The position numbers and the translations under genes were made by a program. A stretch of 63,991 nt of DNA, filler included, from Barthelona sp. PAP020 (lineage: Eukaryota): NCBI GenBank assembly GCA_040182905.1. It is 5 parts of 5 records of this genome, joined end to end, with 100 filler letters (N's around TTAATTAATTAA, not from the genome) between each part and the next. Parts side by side here need not be neighbours in the genome. Positions count along the whole stretch, not along the records: positions 1 to 13,427 come from JARQWU010000325.1; 4 more parts are not named here. One strand, 5' to 3'. Numbering within the stretch: the stretch's first letter is position 1; each line of letters opens with the position of its first letter. The notes under the pieces were generated by a model. It was given only the letters and a program-made list of their open reading frames with translations, was not told the origin of the DNA and did not search any database. Below, piece after piece: positions 1 through 11,400 of the stretch.

Positions 1-114
1 CCAATCTTTCAATCAGAACTAAGTCATTTCAAACAGCCAGGATTCAAATTCAAGGCTTTCCCAACTACTCATTTCAATAACACACCGTATATAAAAGCTT
101 TCGTACACCTTTTC

Positions 115-171
115 TTGTACCTAACGTGAAATCATTTTCTGTTTTGCATCATGAATTGTACCTAACGTGAA
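115..171. repeat. 16-bp perfect direct repeat TTGTACCTAACGTGAA (115-130 and 156-171)
   Basis: Read directly from the sequence; 41-bp period, about 90 bp downstream of the tRNA. Confidence 0.8.
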
Positions 172-260
172 TTTGTCGAGTAAAAAGAGCTGAAATCTGT
201 TTGAAAGTAGCCATTTCAGAAACTCGATCCTCACCCTTAGTGAGGATGATTCAAAAACAA

Positions 261-333
261 CTCCGATACCGGGATTCGAACCCGGTTCTGCGGGGTGAAA
301 ACCCACTATCCTAACCAAGTAGACTATATCGGA
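261..333 (-). tRNA. tRNA-Glu (anticodon TTC), intronless
   Basis: The reverse complement folds as a cloverleaf: acceptor TCCGATA/TATCGGA, anticodon arm GTGGG-TTTTCAC-CCCGC, T arm CCGGG-TTCGAAT-CCCGG. A T-run (Pol III terminator-like) follows. Confidence 0.96.
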
Positions 334-1433
334 TATAAAATTCTACGAAAAGTGTGGATTTTACTGTTAAAATTGTATTGAAAATGTATATAACAATTCA
401 GAAATAAATATTATTAAAGATTACATTATATAAAATAAAAGTTATTAATTATTAAAATTATATTAGACCAAAAAAAAATAAAAAAAGATTAACTGAATGA
501 AAAGAAAAGAAAGATTATTAATAACGAAAATGAATATTAAAGGAAATTTCTAAAATGTGGAAGTTCATACTCAATGAACGGAATTTATTGGAGATGTAAA
601 AAGGTAATCAAATATCACTTCCTTTATTTGTTGTTTCTTAACCACCTTTAGATTCCATTTTTTAAGTTACTTGGGCATCTGAATTCACATGAGTTTTCCC
701 CAAACTTTAAGCTAACTCGTTTCGTTGTTTACTGAACAACTCATACCTCATAAATATCTAATAAAGAATCATTATTTTCAAATATTTGTCTATTGGAAAA
801 AAGATTTGTTTTTTCATTATCTGTTCAGTAATATTACTCATTGTAATCATCATAATCATCGTTTCCATTCTATTTCTTAGTTTAATCTTAATTACTTATC
901 ATTTATGTGCATTATAAATTTTGTAAGAAAGGTTTTGATGGATTTTACCCTATCTCAACATAATATTCTTATCCCAACTCAAATTTGAACAATATTAATA
1001 TGAAAATTTAAGACATGCCAATACATTTCCAATTTCTTTTTTTATTAAATTGTTAGTTCTTTCTTTATCTAATGATAAAACATCTGTATACTTGGAAAAG
1101 AAATAATGAAAGGTATTTTTACATCAAAGAATGAAATAAAAAAATAGCTAGAAAGCAGTTAAGCTTTGATTGGACTGTTATCTTGTTTTTATTTCTATTC
1201 ATGTTTACTTTTTGTTATCTTTACAAGATATTTTGGAAAGTTTGGAAAAACTTAAAAATTACTTAACAAAGATTTTTCTTTTTGTTCTTAATTGACAGAA
1301 GAAAAAATAGAATGTAATCTTTCGCAAAAACTTTGACAATTTTTGAAAAGTACTTAAGACAAGAAAGTATTCTTCCTTTCTTTCATATTCTGAATTTTCT
1401 TTTTATTTTTAACACAAATTTTTGAACAAAATT

Positions 1434-2492
1434 ATGAGTGAGTTATCTTTAATATGTTCTCAGTTTCAAAATAGATTCTTTGAACATTCTTTTGGAGAGT
1501 CTATTGCGTTTTCTCCTATTTCCATCATAGGAGTAATGTTGTTATTATTAGGTGGATCAGAAGGTGAAACAAGGAGTATTTTAGAGGAGTATTTGAACAC
1601 CGAACAAAATAAGTTGATTGAATTGGGTAATTCTTTTAAATTAATTGGAGGAAATAGCCAATTGATTCATACTGGAATTGGAATCAATGAGGATTCTTTT
1701 TCCAAAGAGTTTTTGAGTATTTGTGAATCGTTTGCAGCCGAACATTTTTCTCCAATTTCCTACCATTTAATAAATGATTGGATTTCCAGAAAAACTTCTG
1801 GTTTAATTCCTAAGATGGTAGAAGATTCTGATGATCGATTAGATTTAGGCATTTTTAATGCGTTTTTTTATAAAAGAAGTTGGGAAAAGCAATTTCCACC
1901 TGCACAAGATGGTGTATATACAAGCTTAAATAATATGACTACTTCTAAGAAGTATTTGAAGGATCAAAATCGAAAATTGAAGTATTTTGAGTATGATGAT
2001 TGCCATGGGGTTGCAATTCCTTATAAAGAAAAAGATTATACGTTGAGAATATTTTTACCCAAGAGTAGTGAGCCAGAAGCTATTTTTTCAATATTACATG
2101 ACTTTGAAAGGTTTTCAACAACCGATTCTCGATTTTATGTCCGACAGGAGATCAGAACATTGAAATTCCCTAAGTTTGACTTTGAGACTGACATTGATTT
2201 AAAGAACTTGTGGAACGTTCATGGACTTGGTCAAATATGTGGAGATGACGCAAATTTCATGAAATTGAGCGCTCATGGTATTAACTACCATGTTGACAAG
2301 GCCATACACAAGTGTAAGATTAAAGTTGATGAGAAAGGTACTGTTGCCACTGCCGCGACAGTTGTAGGGATGCTTAGAACCACTTCAGTAAAACCTAAAC
2401 CCAGAAAGATTGATTTTGTTGCAGATAGACCTTTTTACTTTGTTTTAGCTTATGAAGATATACCATTGGTTTCTGGAGTCCACATTGAATGA
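1434..2492 (+). CDS. Serpin (serine protease inhibitor family), no obvious signal peptide
   Basis: FSPISI, INDWISRKTSGLIP, NAFFYKRSW, small-residue hinge EKGTVATAAT, C-terminal FVADRPFYF signature. First ATG at 1434. Confidence 0.93.
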   Translation: MSELSLICSQFQNRFFEHSFGESIAFSPISIIGVMLLLLGGSEGETRSILEEYLNTEQNKLIELGNSFKLIGGNSQLIHTGIGINEDSFSKEFLSICESFAAEHFSPISYHLINDWISRKTSGLIPKMVEDSDDRLDLGIFNAFFYKRSWEKQFPPAQDGVYTSLNNMTTSKKYLKDQNRKLKYFEYDDCHGVAIPYKEKDYTLRIFLPKSSEPEAIFSILHDFERFSTTDSRFYVRQEIRTLKFPKFDFETDIDLKNLWNVHGLGQICGDDANFMKLSAHGINYHVDKAIHKCKIKVDEKGTVATAATVVGMLRTTSVKPKPRKIDFVADRPFYFVLAYEDIPLVSGVHIE

Positions 2493-2744
2493 ATATTTTG
2501 TGATAAATTTTGTATATATTTTTGTTATTTGTACGGTTGATTGTTAGTTTTCTTTTTATAGGGCTGATTGATGAAAGAATGTTTGTTGCCAGCCTTGGCT
2601 TTGTTGATATAACCAAGTTTCAACAAGTGTCAATAATCATCTTGATTCATGTTGAAAGAGAAGACATTGATGCTTTTTAAACATTGTCAAACATGGAAAG
2701 GTAGGGTAGGAATATTTAAAGAATAACAAAACACAGAACAAAAT

Positions 2745-3632
2745 TTATTTTTCAATTTCAGCTAATTTTGCTTTTAATTCAGCAATTTGTTCTTCTTTTG
2801 CATGATTTTCAAGTGCTAAGATTCTATTTCGATGAAGGATTTCACCAATCTCTTTTTCATGAGTTTCCTTCATTAAGGTACCAAATTCATTGTTTTCTAA
2901 AGCTTTGGAGATTGTCAATTCAGATTCTAGCTCCCTAATTCTATCCTTACAACTCGAAATAATTTTTTGAAATTCAATCATGTCTTTTTCTTTATCATTA
3001 AGTACGTTTGTCAACTTTCGAACATTTCTCTCGAGTTCAACGTTTTCTTCCTTGACTGAATTGAGTTCACCAACTTCAACCTCATAAGCTTTGATTTTTA
3101 CATGCAAATTTTCGTTAGTTTTTCTTTTAAATGCTAATTCACTTCTTTCTCTTGACAGATCAACTTCTAACTGACTATTTGTAATTCTTAAACTCTCAAT
3201 TTCTTTGATAAGACTTGCTTTTTCAATATCTTTGCCTGCCTGCAATTTTTGTAACAATTTAAGCGTATCTTCTTCGACATGCTCCTTTGGTATAGTCTGT
3301 TCTTTTAAATCTTTGACTTTTGATTCATAAAATGTGGTCAACTCATTTTTTACATTGGATAATTCAGTTTGATGTTCATTATTTAAATCTCTGATTATAT
3401 CGATTGTTTCAAACATTTTAAATCTTTCAATTTCATTTTTAAACTTTTTGGAATATTCAATTTCTAATTCTCTTCTTATTTTAGTCAATTCATCATTAAA
3501 ATCAACCATTTGATGTTTTTTGATTCCATGTTTAAGATCTATTAAAGCTAACTTTTCATCAATAGGTATTTCCATATCAATAGGCTCTGTTTGGACACAG
3601 ATTTCTTTCTTTTCATCCGAATAAATGTTCAT
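2745..3632 (-). CDS. Coiled-coil protein resembling the central region of the centriolar protein OFD1
   Basis: VQTE...IDEKLALID...ELEIEYSKKFKNEIERFKMFE recalls the OFD1 segment after LisH. The rest is heptad-rich. No LisH seen. Confidence 0.45.
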   Translation of the reverse strand: MNIYSDEKKEICVQTEPIDMEIPIDEKLALIDLKHGIKKHQMVDFNDELTKIRRELEIEYSKKFKNEIERFKMFETIDIIRDLNNEHQTELSNVKNELTTFYESKVKDLKEQTIPKEHVEEDTLKLLQKLQAGKDIEKASLIKEIESLRITNSQLEVDLSRERSELAFKRKTNENLHVKIKAYEVEVGELNSVKEENVELERNVRKLTNVLNDKEKDMIEFQKIISSCKDRIRELESELTISKALENNEFGTLMKETHEKEIGEILHRNRILALENHAKEEQIAELKAKLAEIEK

Positions 3633-3934
3633 TCAATTTGTTATTGTTTTCTATTATAAAGGCAAAAAGTTCTAATTTCAATTTTAATATTTTGATATTT
3701 TAATAGGTATATATATTACTAATAATATTTAATTATATATTTTAAACAATTATATTTGTATTTTTTCTTCAAACAAAAGAAAAAATATTTTCTTTTTGCC
3801 TGCCTTTTTCTTTACAAAAAGAAAAATAGCTGAGCAAAACGATAAATTTCAAAAAAGATGGCTTTTTATCTTAAACTTTATATAAAATGAAAACAAAAGT
3901 TACATTGACATATTTATAGACAAAAACATTATTT

Positions 3935-6900
3935 TTAGTTGTAAATTTTTAAAGAAGATTCTTCATGAGATTTTCTGCTCCAACTCATGCTTGAAGAATA
4001 ACCAGTACCATATGAATATGAATGAGCTGTTCTCTCCACAGGTTTGATCAATGTCAATTCTGAAGGAAAAACTTCCACACAAACATGTTGAAAGTCCTTC
4101 CATAAATCATCAATGGTGTCAACATCAAAATCAACAGTGATATCTTTTTTCATTGTTCTACTGTAATATCCCCCAGAATATGTATAATTCATTCTACTTT
4201 TGTAATCAGCAACAACTGTCTCTGTAACAGATCTTAAGTTGTAATAAGGAGAACTAAATGCCTGATATAATGCAATTTTGCGAGATTTAACTTCAGCAAT
4301 ATCCTTAGATAATTCTTGAGCAACTTTTTCAGGGGAGTCATACATGTTCACTATGAGTTTCATTCTGTTAAACATTTGATTGAAGGTAGTGCTTTTGGGT
4401 ACTAAAAAAGGTACAGCTACTGAACTGGGAGTTGTAGAACTGTAATGTCTGGTTGAGCCAGATTCATCATCACTGTCCTGTTTCATTGGGAAAACCATAC
4501 TGAACATCAAGAACAAATAATCAGTCATATCAAACTTAGGAGGTGCTGAATTTTGATGCAACAACTTACTGATACGATAAACTGTTACATTGGTTGAGAA
4601 GCTAGTAATGAACTTACACAGAAGATCATCATTGCTTTCTGGACCCTTGATCTTGCGTTGACCTCTTTCAATCGTTAACAGAAGGTCATCCACATTTCCT
4701 CCAACTTCCTTAACAATTTGTTGCTTCAATTGCAACAGTGTTTGATAGGTGGAAACCATAATAGAAATAGGTTTGTGAACTTCACCATCATCATCATCAG
4801 TCATGGGATGTTTGAACTCAATTCCCAGGAATGAATCCCCAGCGCTCAATAATTCTCCTTCATCCAATACTTCAAGCCACAATTGATATGTCTTTCCTTT
4901 GTAGAATGAAGAATTATAAGTAAATGAAGCTGCATTAGCAATGAAAACTTTCTGCAACTGTACATTATCACTGCCAAAAACAACATTCTTCTGACGGAAT
5001 CCAGATAATTTCAAAAGGTCCTTCTTGGGAACATCTGTTGTTAAAATGAAATCAGAAGAAGAATCATCATGGGAATAATAAGATTTGGGCTTGATCAAAC
5101 GAACACAAGATGCATCTTCAAATAATCTGGCTGCCATTGATTGTTCCACAATAAGCTTTTTTAATTTTTCAACACTCCAACGATAGCTAGCGTCAATTTT
5201 AAGTTCTAATTTTACCAAAGCTTCATAAGGCATTCCATTGCATTCTTCTTCTTTGATATGTTCTTTTAAATAGGCAATAAAATGCTTGTTGAAATCTTTT
5301 TCATTGATAGTCTCTGCTTCATCATCATTATTGAATGTTTCATTTCGATTACGTGCCATGTCTCTTCTATGTTGCAATGCTTTAGCAGCTAATTTTTGTC
5401 TCTTCATGGATTTTCTTTGAAGAACCTTCCAATATTTCTCAAATTCATCTTTTAATTCACGTACACGAATACGTAGATCAATAGGAACACGATAATAATA
5501 TGAGCGGTCGTCTTCAGTCACAATTATCTTGAATCTATTGGCAAGATCCTGGTAATATTCTTTAGATCTGAATTTAATATCAGCAACAGGATTTCTGGTG
5601 TGGTAATGGTTATAGGTATTGAAAGCGGCGCTTATTCCATCGTCATCGTCATTATCCTCATCCGAACCAGATTTTTTCAAGGCATTTTCCTTCTCTTTTT
5701 CCTTATCAAGCTCTTCTTCGGTCATTTTAATCTCGAAAACAACAATATCACCATCAATCAGCTGACAACTCGGTTTTGTTCTACTAACTGTGGATAAATT
5801 ATACTCGTCTTTATTCATAACACGTTGTACCTCTTCAGATTCTTCCTCAAACAAAAGCATATTGTCTTTGGTTAAATTCTCATATCCCTCAGGTAAGCTA
5901 TCACCATATCTGGTCAAAATTTCCTGTTTAAGATCCTCTACAGTCCATTTCTTTTCAGCATACAACGGGGCAAACATTTGAGGCATTTCTGTTGCATAAT
6001 CAAAATATTTAATTAAAAGGAAAGTGTAATTGTGAACTTCTTCAGGAGTCTCAGTCAACTTCTTGTAATACTTATAATCTTGTCCAATAAAAACACGGCT
6101 TCTACGACGGAAGAACTCAATTTGATCAAGAGTTGATTCTTTATCAACTTCAATAATATTACCAGGACGCACAGTGTCATTTTTACGCATAAATGCTTCA
6201 CGAATGACAAAGCTGAGATTTTTTACGTCATTTTCAACATTACTTATGATAAGATCTTCTTTTTCAGGATGCAACGCAATCAATTCTTGACCTTGTTTCC
6301 TAATTTGTTCAATTAATTGTTCACGAATAGCATCTTCAACCTGTTGAAACGTCCAAGTTCTTTTAGCGGTTATGGAAAACTGCTCCAAATCATCATGACA
6401 TCTATGCACTTCAATACGCATCTCTAATCTCTTTTGAGCCTCAATTTCGGCTTGTTCTTTACGAATATCATCTTCTTCTTTTAATTTCTTCAAAATATAT
6501 TCAGGAATCAATTCATGGGGAACTTCAGGTCGATTAAAGGTTTTAAATTTGATCTTATATTTCTTTAGATCAAATTGATGACCAGCAAGACTGTGAGTTA
6601 CTGAGTTACCAGGATGTTCTTTCTCAACCTCTTCCATATCAGATTCGGTTCCATCAATAACAGCACGAACATCAAAGACATCATCAGTTTCTTCAACCAA
6701 TTCCGTTTCAATTCGACGATACCATAAAACATAAGGGGTTGTGGAAGAAGAACCAAACATACTGCGAGTACGCATTCCTCCATAACTCATTCCACCCATT
6801 CTGCTTCCGTAACCATAATTGTTAGTAACAGGATTCTTAGCACGTTCATATTCTTGTTTTGTATATGCTTCTGGAGTCCAATTAGGTCCCATTGCTTTTA

Positions 6901-8149
6901 CAGATTCGTCATTAACTAAATACCACTTGCCATCTCTGAAATGTTTGATGTATGCATAATAGTGTCCAAAATTGGCGCTTCCTGAATGAATAATCACACC
7001 AAACAGTTCATACAAATTACCTGCAGTTCCAATAATTTCCTGTTCAGGTAATTCATCAGCAGACTTATCAATAACAACACCTTTTCCCTTAAGACGAGCT
7101 TCCCAAGGAGCATCTACCTTTTCATGATCAGTTTCAACAGTCTGAGGATTGTTGGCTTCAACCTTGAAGGGCAGGTTATCAATTTCAGGTTCTTCAATTT
7201 TTTCATCAAGGAACTCATCCAATTGAAGGTAATCACGAACAATTAAAGGTGTGGAGATTTTAACTCTCTGATCAATTCTCCAGTCATATTCAAATCGACT
7301 CAAAGTTAATGATAAAATAGGTGGCAATTCATGCAACTTCATGGTCTTTTCAGCGGTATGACGTTCATTATCATTACAATTATCACACTTATAGCCATTA
7401 TCTCCCTTTAAGACATCAATATGACAGAAACTACGAATAGAATCATAGATATCATCACAATCTTTCACAGGAACAGGTAAATCATAAAAATCTTGGTAAT
7501 GTTGATGTATCTTGCCACAATGCGTGCACCTAATCATAGAAGTCATCTTTCCACGATATACATCAGCCACAATACGATTCATTTCATTAGCTTTTTGTTT
7601 CTCTTCTAAATTATCACATAACACACGATTCAACTCTTGAACATCACATTGTTCAAATACTTGAGATCCAGACCATCCAAAACTTTTTGTAAGCTTAGCA
7701 GTTTCAGTAACACCACAATCACTGTATTGCATAGTGGCAAATAAATGTTGTAACCAATATACAATGTCTTTAGAGCGTTTGGTTTTTTTCTTTGTTTCAC
7801 TATCGTCAGAATTTTCAGTTGTATTTTTTTCATCCTCATCATCACTGTCACTATCACTATCTTCATTGGTTGTAGAATTATGGTCAACAGAAGGAGCAGG
7901 TGTTTTGAAAACCAATTCACGAAATTCAGGAGTAAAATACAAAGATTGAATTAGTGCATTCAAATAACAGGTAGCTCCTTGATTAATGAGACCAACAATA
8001 CCTGTGCGTCCTCTTTCTGAAGTAAAAGTGGGGACATAAACTGTACTATGGATGGGAATATCATCATCATCATCAGAATCAATTCTTTCAATGTTTGGCC
8101 CATATGTTGTAGGTACATAGCTACCAGCTCGACATGAATTATTGTTCAT
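3935..8149 (-). CDS. Ubiquitin carboxyl-terminal hydrolase (USP, USP7/USP47-like) with long C-terminal extension
   Basis: Cys box GLINQGATCYLNALIQSLY, QCDVQE, CxxC pairs, His box HSGSANFGHYYAYIK, NDESV. First ATG at 8149. Confidence 0.93.
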   Translation of the reverse strand: MNNNSCRAGSYVPTTYGPNIERIDSDDDDDIPIHSTVYVPTFTSERGRTGIVGLINQGATCYLNALIQSLYFTPEFRELVFKTPAPSVDHNSTTNEDSDSDSDDEDEKNTTENSDDSETKKKTKRSKDIVYWLQHLFATMQYSDCGVTETAKLTKSFGWSGSQVFEQCDVQELNRVLCDNLEEKQKANEMNRIVADVYRGKMTSMIRCTHCGKIHQHYQDFYDLPVPVKDCDDIYDSIRSFCHIDVLKGDNGYKCDNCNDNERHTAEKTMKLHELPPILSLTLSRFEYDWRIDQRVKISTPLIVRDYLQLDEFLDEKIEEPEIDNLPFKVEANNPQTVETDHEKVDAPWEARLKGKGVVIDKSADELPEQEIIGTAGNLYELFGVIIHSGSANFGHYYAYIKHFRDGKWYLVNDESVKAMGPNWTPEAYTKQEYERAKNPVTNNYGYGSRMGGMSYGGMRTRSMFGSSSTTPYVLWYRRIETELVEETDDVFDVRAVIDGTESDMEEVEKEHPGNSVTHSLAGHQFDLKKYKIKFKTFNRPEVPHELIPEYILKKLKEEDDIRKEQAEIEAQKRLEMRIEVHRCHDDLEQFSITAKRTWTFQQVEDAIREQLIEQIRKQGQELIALHPEKEDLIISNVENDVKNLSFVIREAFMRKNDTVRPGNIIEVDKESTLDQIEFFRRRSRVFIGQDYKYYKKLTETPEEVHNYTFLLIKYFDYATEMPQMFAPLYAEKKWTVEDLKQEILTRYGDSLPEGYENLTKDNMLLFEEESEEVQRVMNKDEYNLSTVSRTKPSCQLIDGDIVVFEIKMTEEELDKEKEKENALKKSGSDEDNDDDDGISAAFNTYNHYHTRNPVADIKFRSKEYYQDLANRFKIIVTEDDRSYYYRVPIDLRIRVRELKDEFEKYWKVLQRKSMKRQKLAAKALQHRRDMARNRNETFNNDDEAETINEKDFNKHFIAYLKEHIKEEECNGMPYEALVKLELKIDASYRWSVEKLKKLIVEQSMAARLFEDASCVRLIKPKSYYSHDDSSSDFILTTDVPKKDLLKLSGFRQKNVVFGSDNVQLQKVFIANAASFTYNSSFYKGKTYQLWLEVLDEGELLSAGDSFLGIEFKHPMTDDDDGEVHKPISIMVSTYQTLLQLKQQIVKEVGGNVDDLLLTIERGQRKIKGPESNDDLLCKFITSFSTNVTVYRISKLLHQNSAPPKFDMTDYLFLMFSMVFPMKQDSDDESGSTRHYSSTTPSSVAVPFLVPKSTTFNQMFNRMKLIVNMYDSPEKVAQELSKDIAEVKSRKIALYQAFSSPYYNLRSVTETVVADYKSRMNYTYSGGYYSRTMKKDITVDFDVDTIDDLWKDFQHVCVEVFPSELTLIKPVERTAHSYSYGTGYSSSMSWSRKSHEESSLKIYN

Positions 8150-8471
8150 TCGAAGGAATAAAAAAAAAAGTTTGATAAATAAATTTACCAATCAACTAGC
8201 AATACGCATTCACTTAAGTTACTAAACCATTTGGACAATTAATTTTCTTATAGTAATATCTCTAATAATGAAAAATATTAAAAGTGGACTGTATCATTTT
8301 TATTTAATATTGATTTTGGCATTTTAAGTAAATTCTTTTGAAGATTATTTATTATTGTACATCTATTTATTGAACAAATAATTATAACAATAAGGAAAAA
8401 AAAGTCAAATGACTTAAATTTGAATGTTTATTATTAATTGAACTATTGAACTTGAAAAAAATTGAAATTAT

Positions 8472-11400
8472 ATGACAAACGATATTTTTAATAGTGATGA
8501 TGAATGTGAAAAACGTTTAGAAGAGCAAAGAGACTATATTCGAAAATTACATAATGAATTATCAACAATAAAACAACAATTACGACAAAACGAATCACAA
8601 ACTGAATTCTTTAAGGATCAATTGGATCGTCGGACCAATATTATGAAAGAACAAAGGGCTGAATACTACAAACAATTGATGATATTAAAGGAACAATTAT
8701 ATCAGCGAATGAGATTAGGAGATGGTTATCAACCAGATGTATTACCTGATTTTGGGACGAATATAGATTGGGAAGGGAATGATGAAATAGCTAAACAACA
8801 ACGTAAAGAACTGATAAGGAAAGAAGTTCAAAAAAAATTAAACGTCGCTTTGAAAGAGCAGGCAAATAAATTGAACGAAAAACATAGAAATACCCAAGAA
8901 TTGTTGCAAAACAAGCTTGAACAACAAAAAGAAGATTTTCAAAAGGAGTCTCAAATGTTAGAATCACAACTGATTGAGTACCAAAATAAATGTGAAAAAA
9001 ATATTTCCGACCTGCAGGAACGAAATGATGAAATTTTACATCTTCGTCAAGATGTAACAAAATTGACGAAAACAAATTTAGACGTTGAATCTCAACTTGG
9101 AGATTTGCAGAAGACTGCGCAAAATGATGCAAAGACTGCAATAAATAATCAAATATTATTGGATAGATTACAGAAAGAGAACAAAGAGAAAGATCTTACC
9201 ATTCAATCATATGAAAATGATTTAATTCAATTGCAACAACAAATAAAAGATGTTGAAATGGTTAAGAAAGCAGAATTTGATAAAATACAGAAACAATTTG
9301 ATGAAAAGAATCATGTGCAAGCTGAAAGTCAAAGTGAACTAACGGATCGTGTGAATAAACTGAACAAAACGATAGACATACTCTCTTTAGAACTCGATAC
9401 CAGTCAAGAACATGAAAAGTCATTGGAAGATGAATTGCAACATGCAAATTTGGAAATAGAAAAACTAAGAGATCATATAAACACATTGAATGAGGATTTG
9501 AAGGAAGTAGATGCAGCAGATGCTTCCACAAATCAACGGCTTGTGGATTCATTCAATACCATGGCTTCATTAAGAGAACAACTAGCGGCAAAGAATAAAG
9601 AGACCAAAATGCAGCTAGAAAAAATAGTTGAACTTGAAAATGAAGTTTTTGACTTAAGAAATGATATTTCACTAGTGGAAAGACCAATTTCAAGTGTAAA
9701 TGAGAGTGATTTAGTTAGTAGTAACAATAGAAATGTTGAAAACTTAGATTATAAGGAGAATGTTGAAGTTCAATCATTGAAAAAGGAAAATGAACGATTG
9801 ATGCAGGCAAAAATAAATTTACAGAAAGAAATTGATATATTGAAGAGAAAAAATCAAACACTCTTGCAACAATTAGATATGGGTATGCTGGAGGCCAGTA
9901 TTCATGATACTATGAGTGTTCAGGATCAATTAGATGACATTATCGTGATTCAACAAAATGGTATGAGTTCTAAAGAGATTGATGAAGTAAGTGAAAAGAC
10001 AGGTGTAGATGTAAGGTCTATTTCTTCACGAAGTATGCGAAATAGCAGTAGCAGATGCATGCTTTCCCCAAATAATCCAGGTTCAACTTCAGTTCTTGAT
10101 AGTGCTCGTTCTTCAAGAACATCTAAAACTGATAGAACTGATAGTGGAGATAAAGACGGTTTATTGTCGAATCGCAGTTCATCTAGAAGTTCAAGAAGAT
10201 CTTCATCACGAGCATCAACGAAAACCAGACCTGATTCAAGTTCCGGTTCACGTTCTTCAAGATCTCAAACCAAGACTCCAAAATCAAGGGGCAAAGATAG
10301 GGACAACCAAAAGGCATCAGCGAGATCTGACAGAAGAATTAGAAAGAAAGATTTGAAAACAGTTTCAGTAGGTGTACAAGTTCCTTCAATTGATGCAAAT
10401 GTTGATAATCTGCTTGATAATGAGAATGTTGATGTGGACATCGTGTATAAAGATGGACATGTTGATGTTGATGATACTATTGACCAGGCTGATTTAAGTT
10501 CATTTGTTAGTGATCAAGATGGTTATATTTCTGATATTCCTTCATATTTAATCGTTGAAAACAGAGAATTAAAGAAACAATTGGAGATCATTGAGGAGCA
10601 GGCTAAGCTTCATTCAGATCAAATGGGTAATTTACGTGATGAAAATTCTGATTTAGCAAATCATGTGATTGAAATTACCGTTGAGAATGAGACGTTGTCA
10701 AGTGCATTGATTGACGCCAAACATCTAATAACTGAACTTGAGGAACGTTTAAAAAATAAAGAGTTTGAATCTGGAAAGAAAGTTCCCATTTCGCAGTTTT
10801 ATGAAAAGAAAGAGGTTTCTTCGTCTTTAGATCTTGATGATACCCCACAAATACATCAAGACAAGCCTAAACGAATAGTAACATCAGCAACTTCGAAGAA
10901 TCATGTACCACCAGGTGATTTTGTTGTTGGTCCAGGTTCCAACGATCCACTTTCAAAAACAACTGAGGAAAGAAATTCTAGCTGGCAAGTGAAAGCAAAG
11001 AAAGTAGAAGATGCTGATATTGAGATGACCATACCCCCGAAACAAACTTTGGAACAATTGCAAAATGCTCAAAATATGCTTGAACATGCAACTAGGCTTG
11101 CAAATATTTCTGTAAATCAGCAAGAGGTTTATGATAACTACCGCCGTCACAAAGATAATCTGGATGAGATAACAGCAAAGAAAAATGCTGCCAAGATTGC
11201 TCTTGACACAACAAATGCAATAAAGACCAGTTACAGCAAAGAGCTTCAAGCAAAATATAAAGTTTTTGAACGTTTAGAACTTCGTGCAAAAGAACAAAAA
11301 GTTAAGATGGCATTGAAATTGAAGCAAATCGAAAGAGAAAGACAAAGGAATCTTGAACGTGTTCTTGCAGCGGTTGACTTACTGTATAAACCCGCAACCC

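Noticed and set aside
121..318. 65-aa minus-strand ORF
   Set aside because: It overlaps the tRNA-Glu gene and is a translation of structural RNA plus flank.
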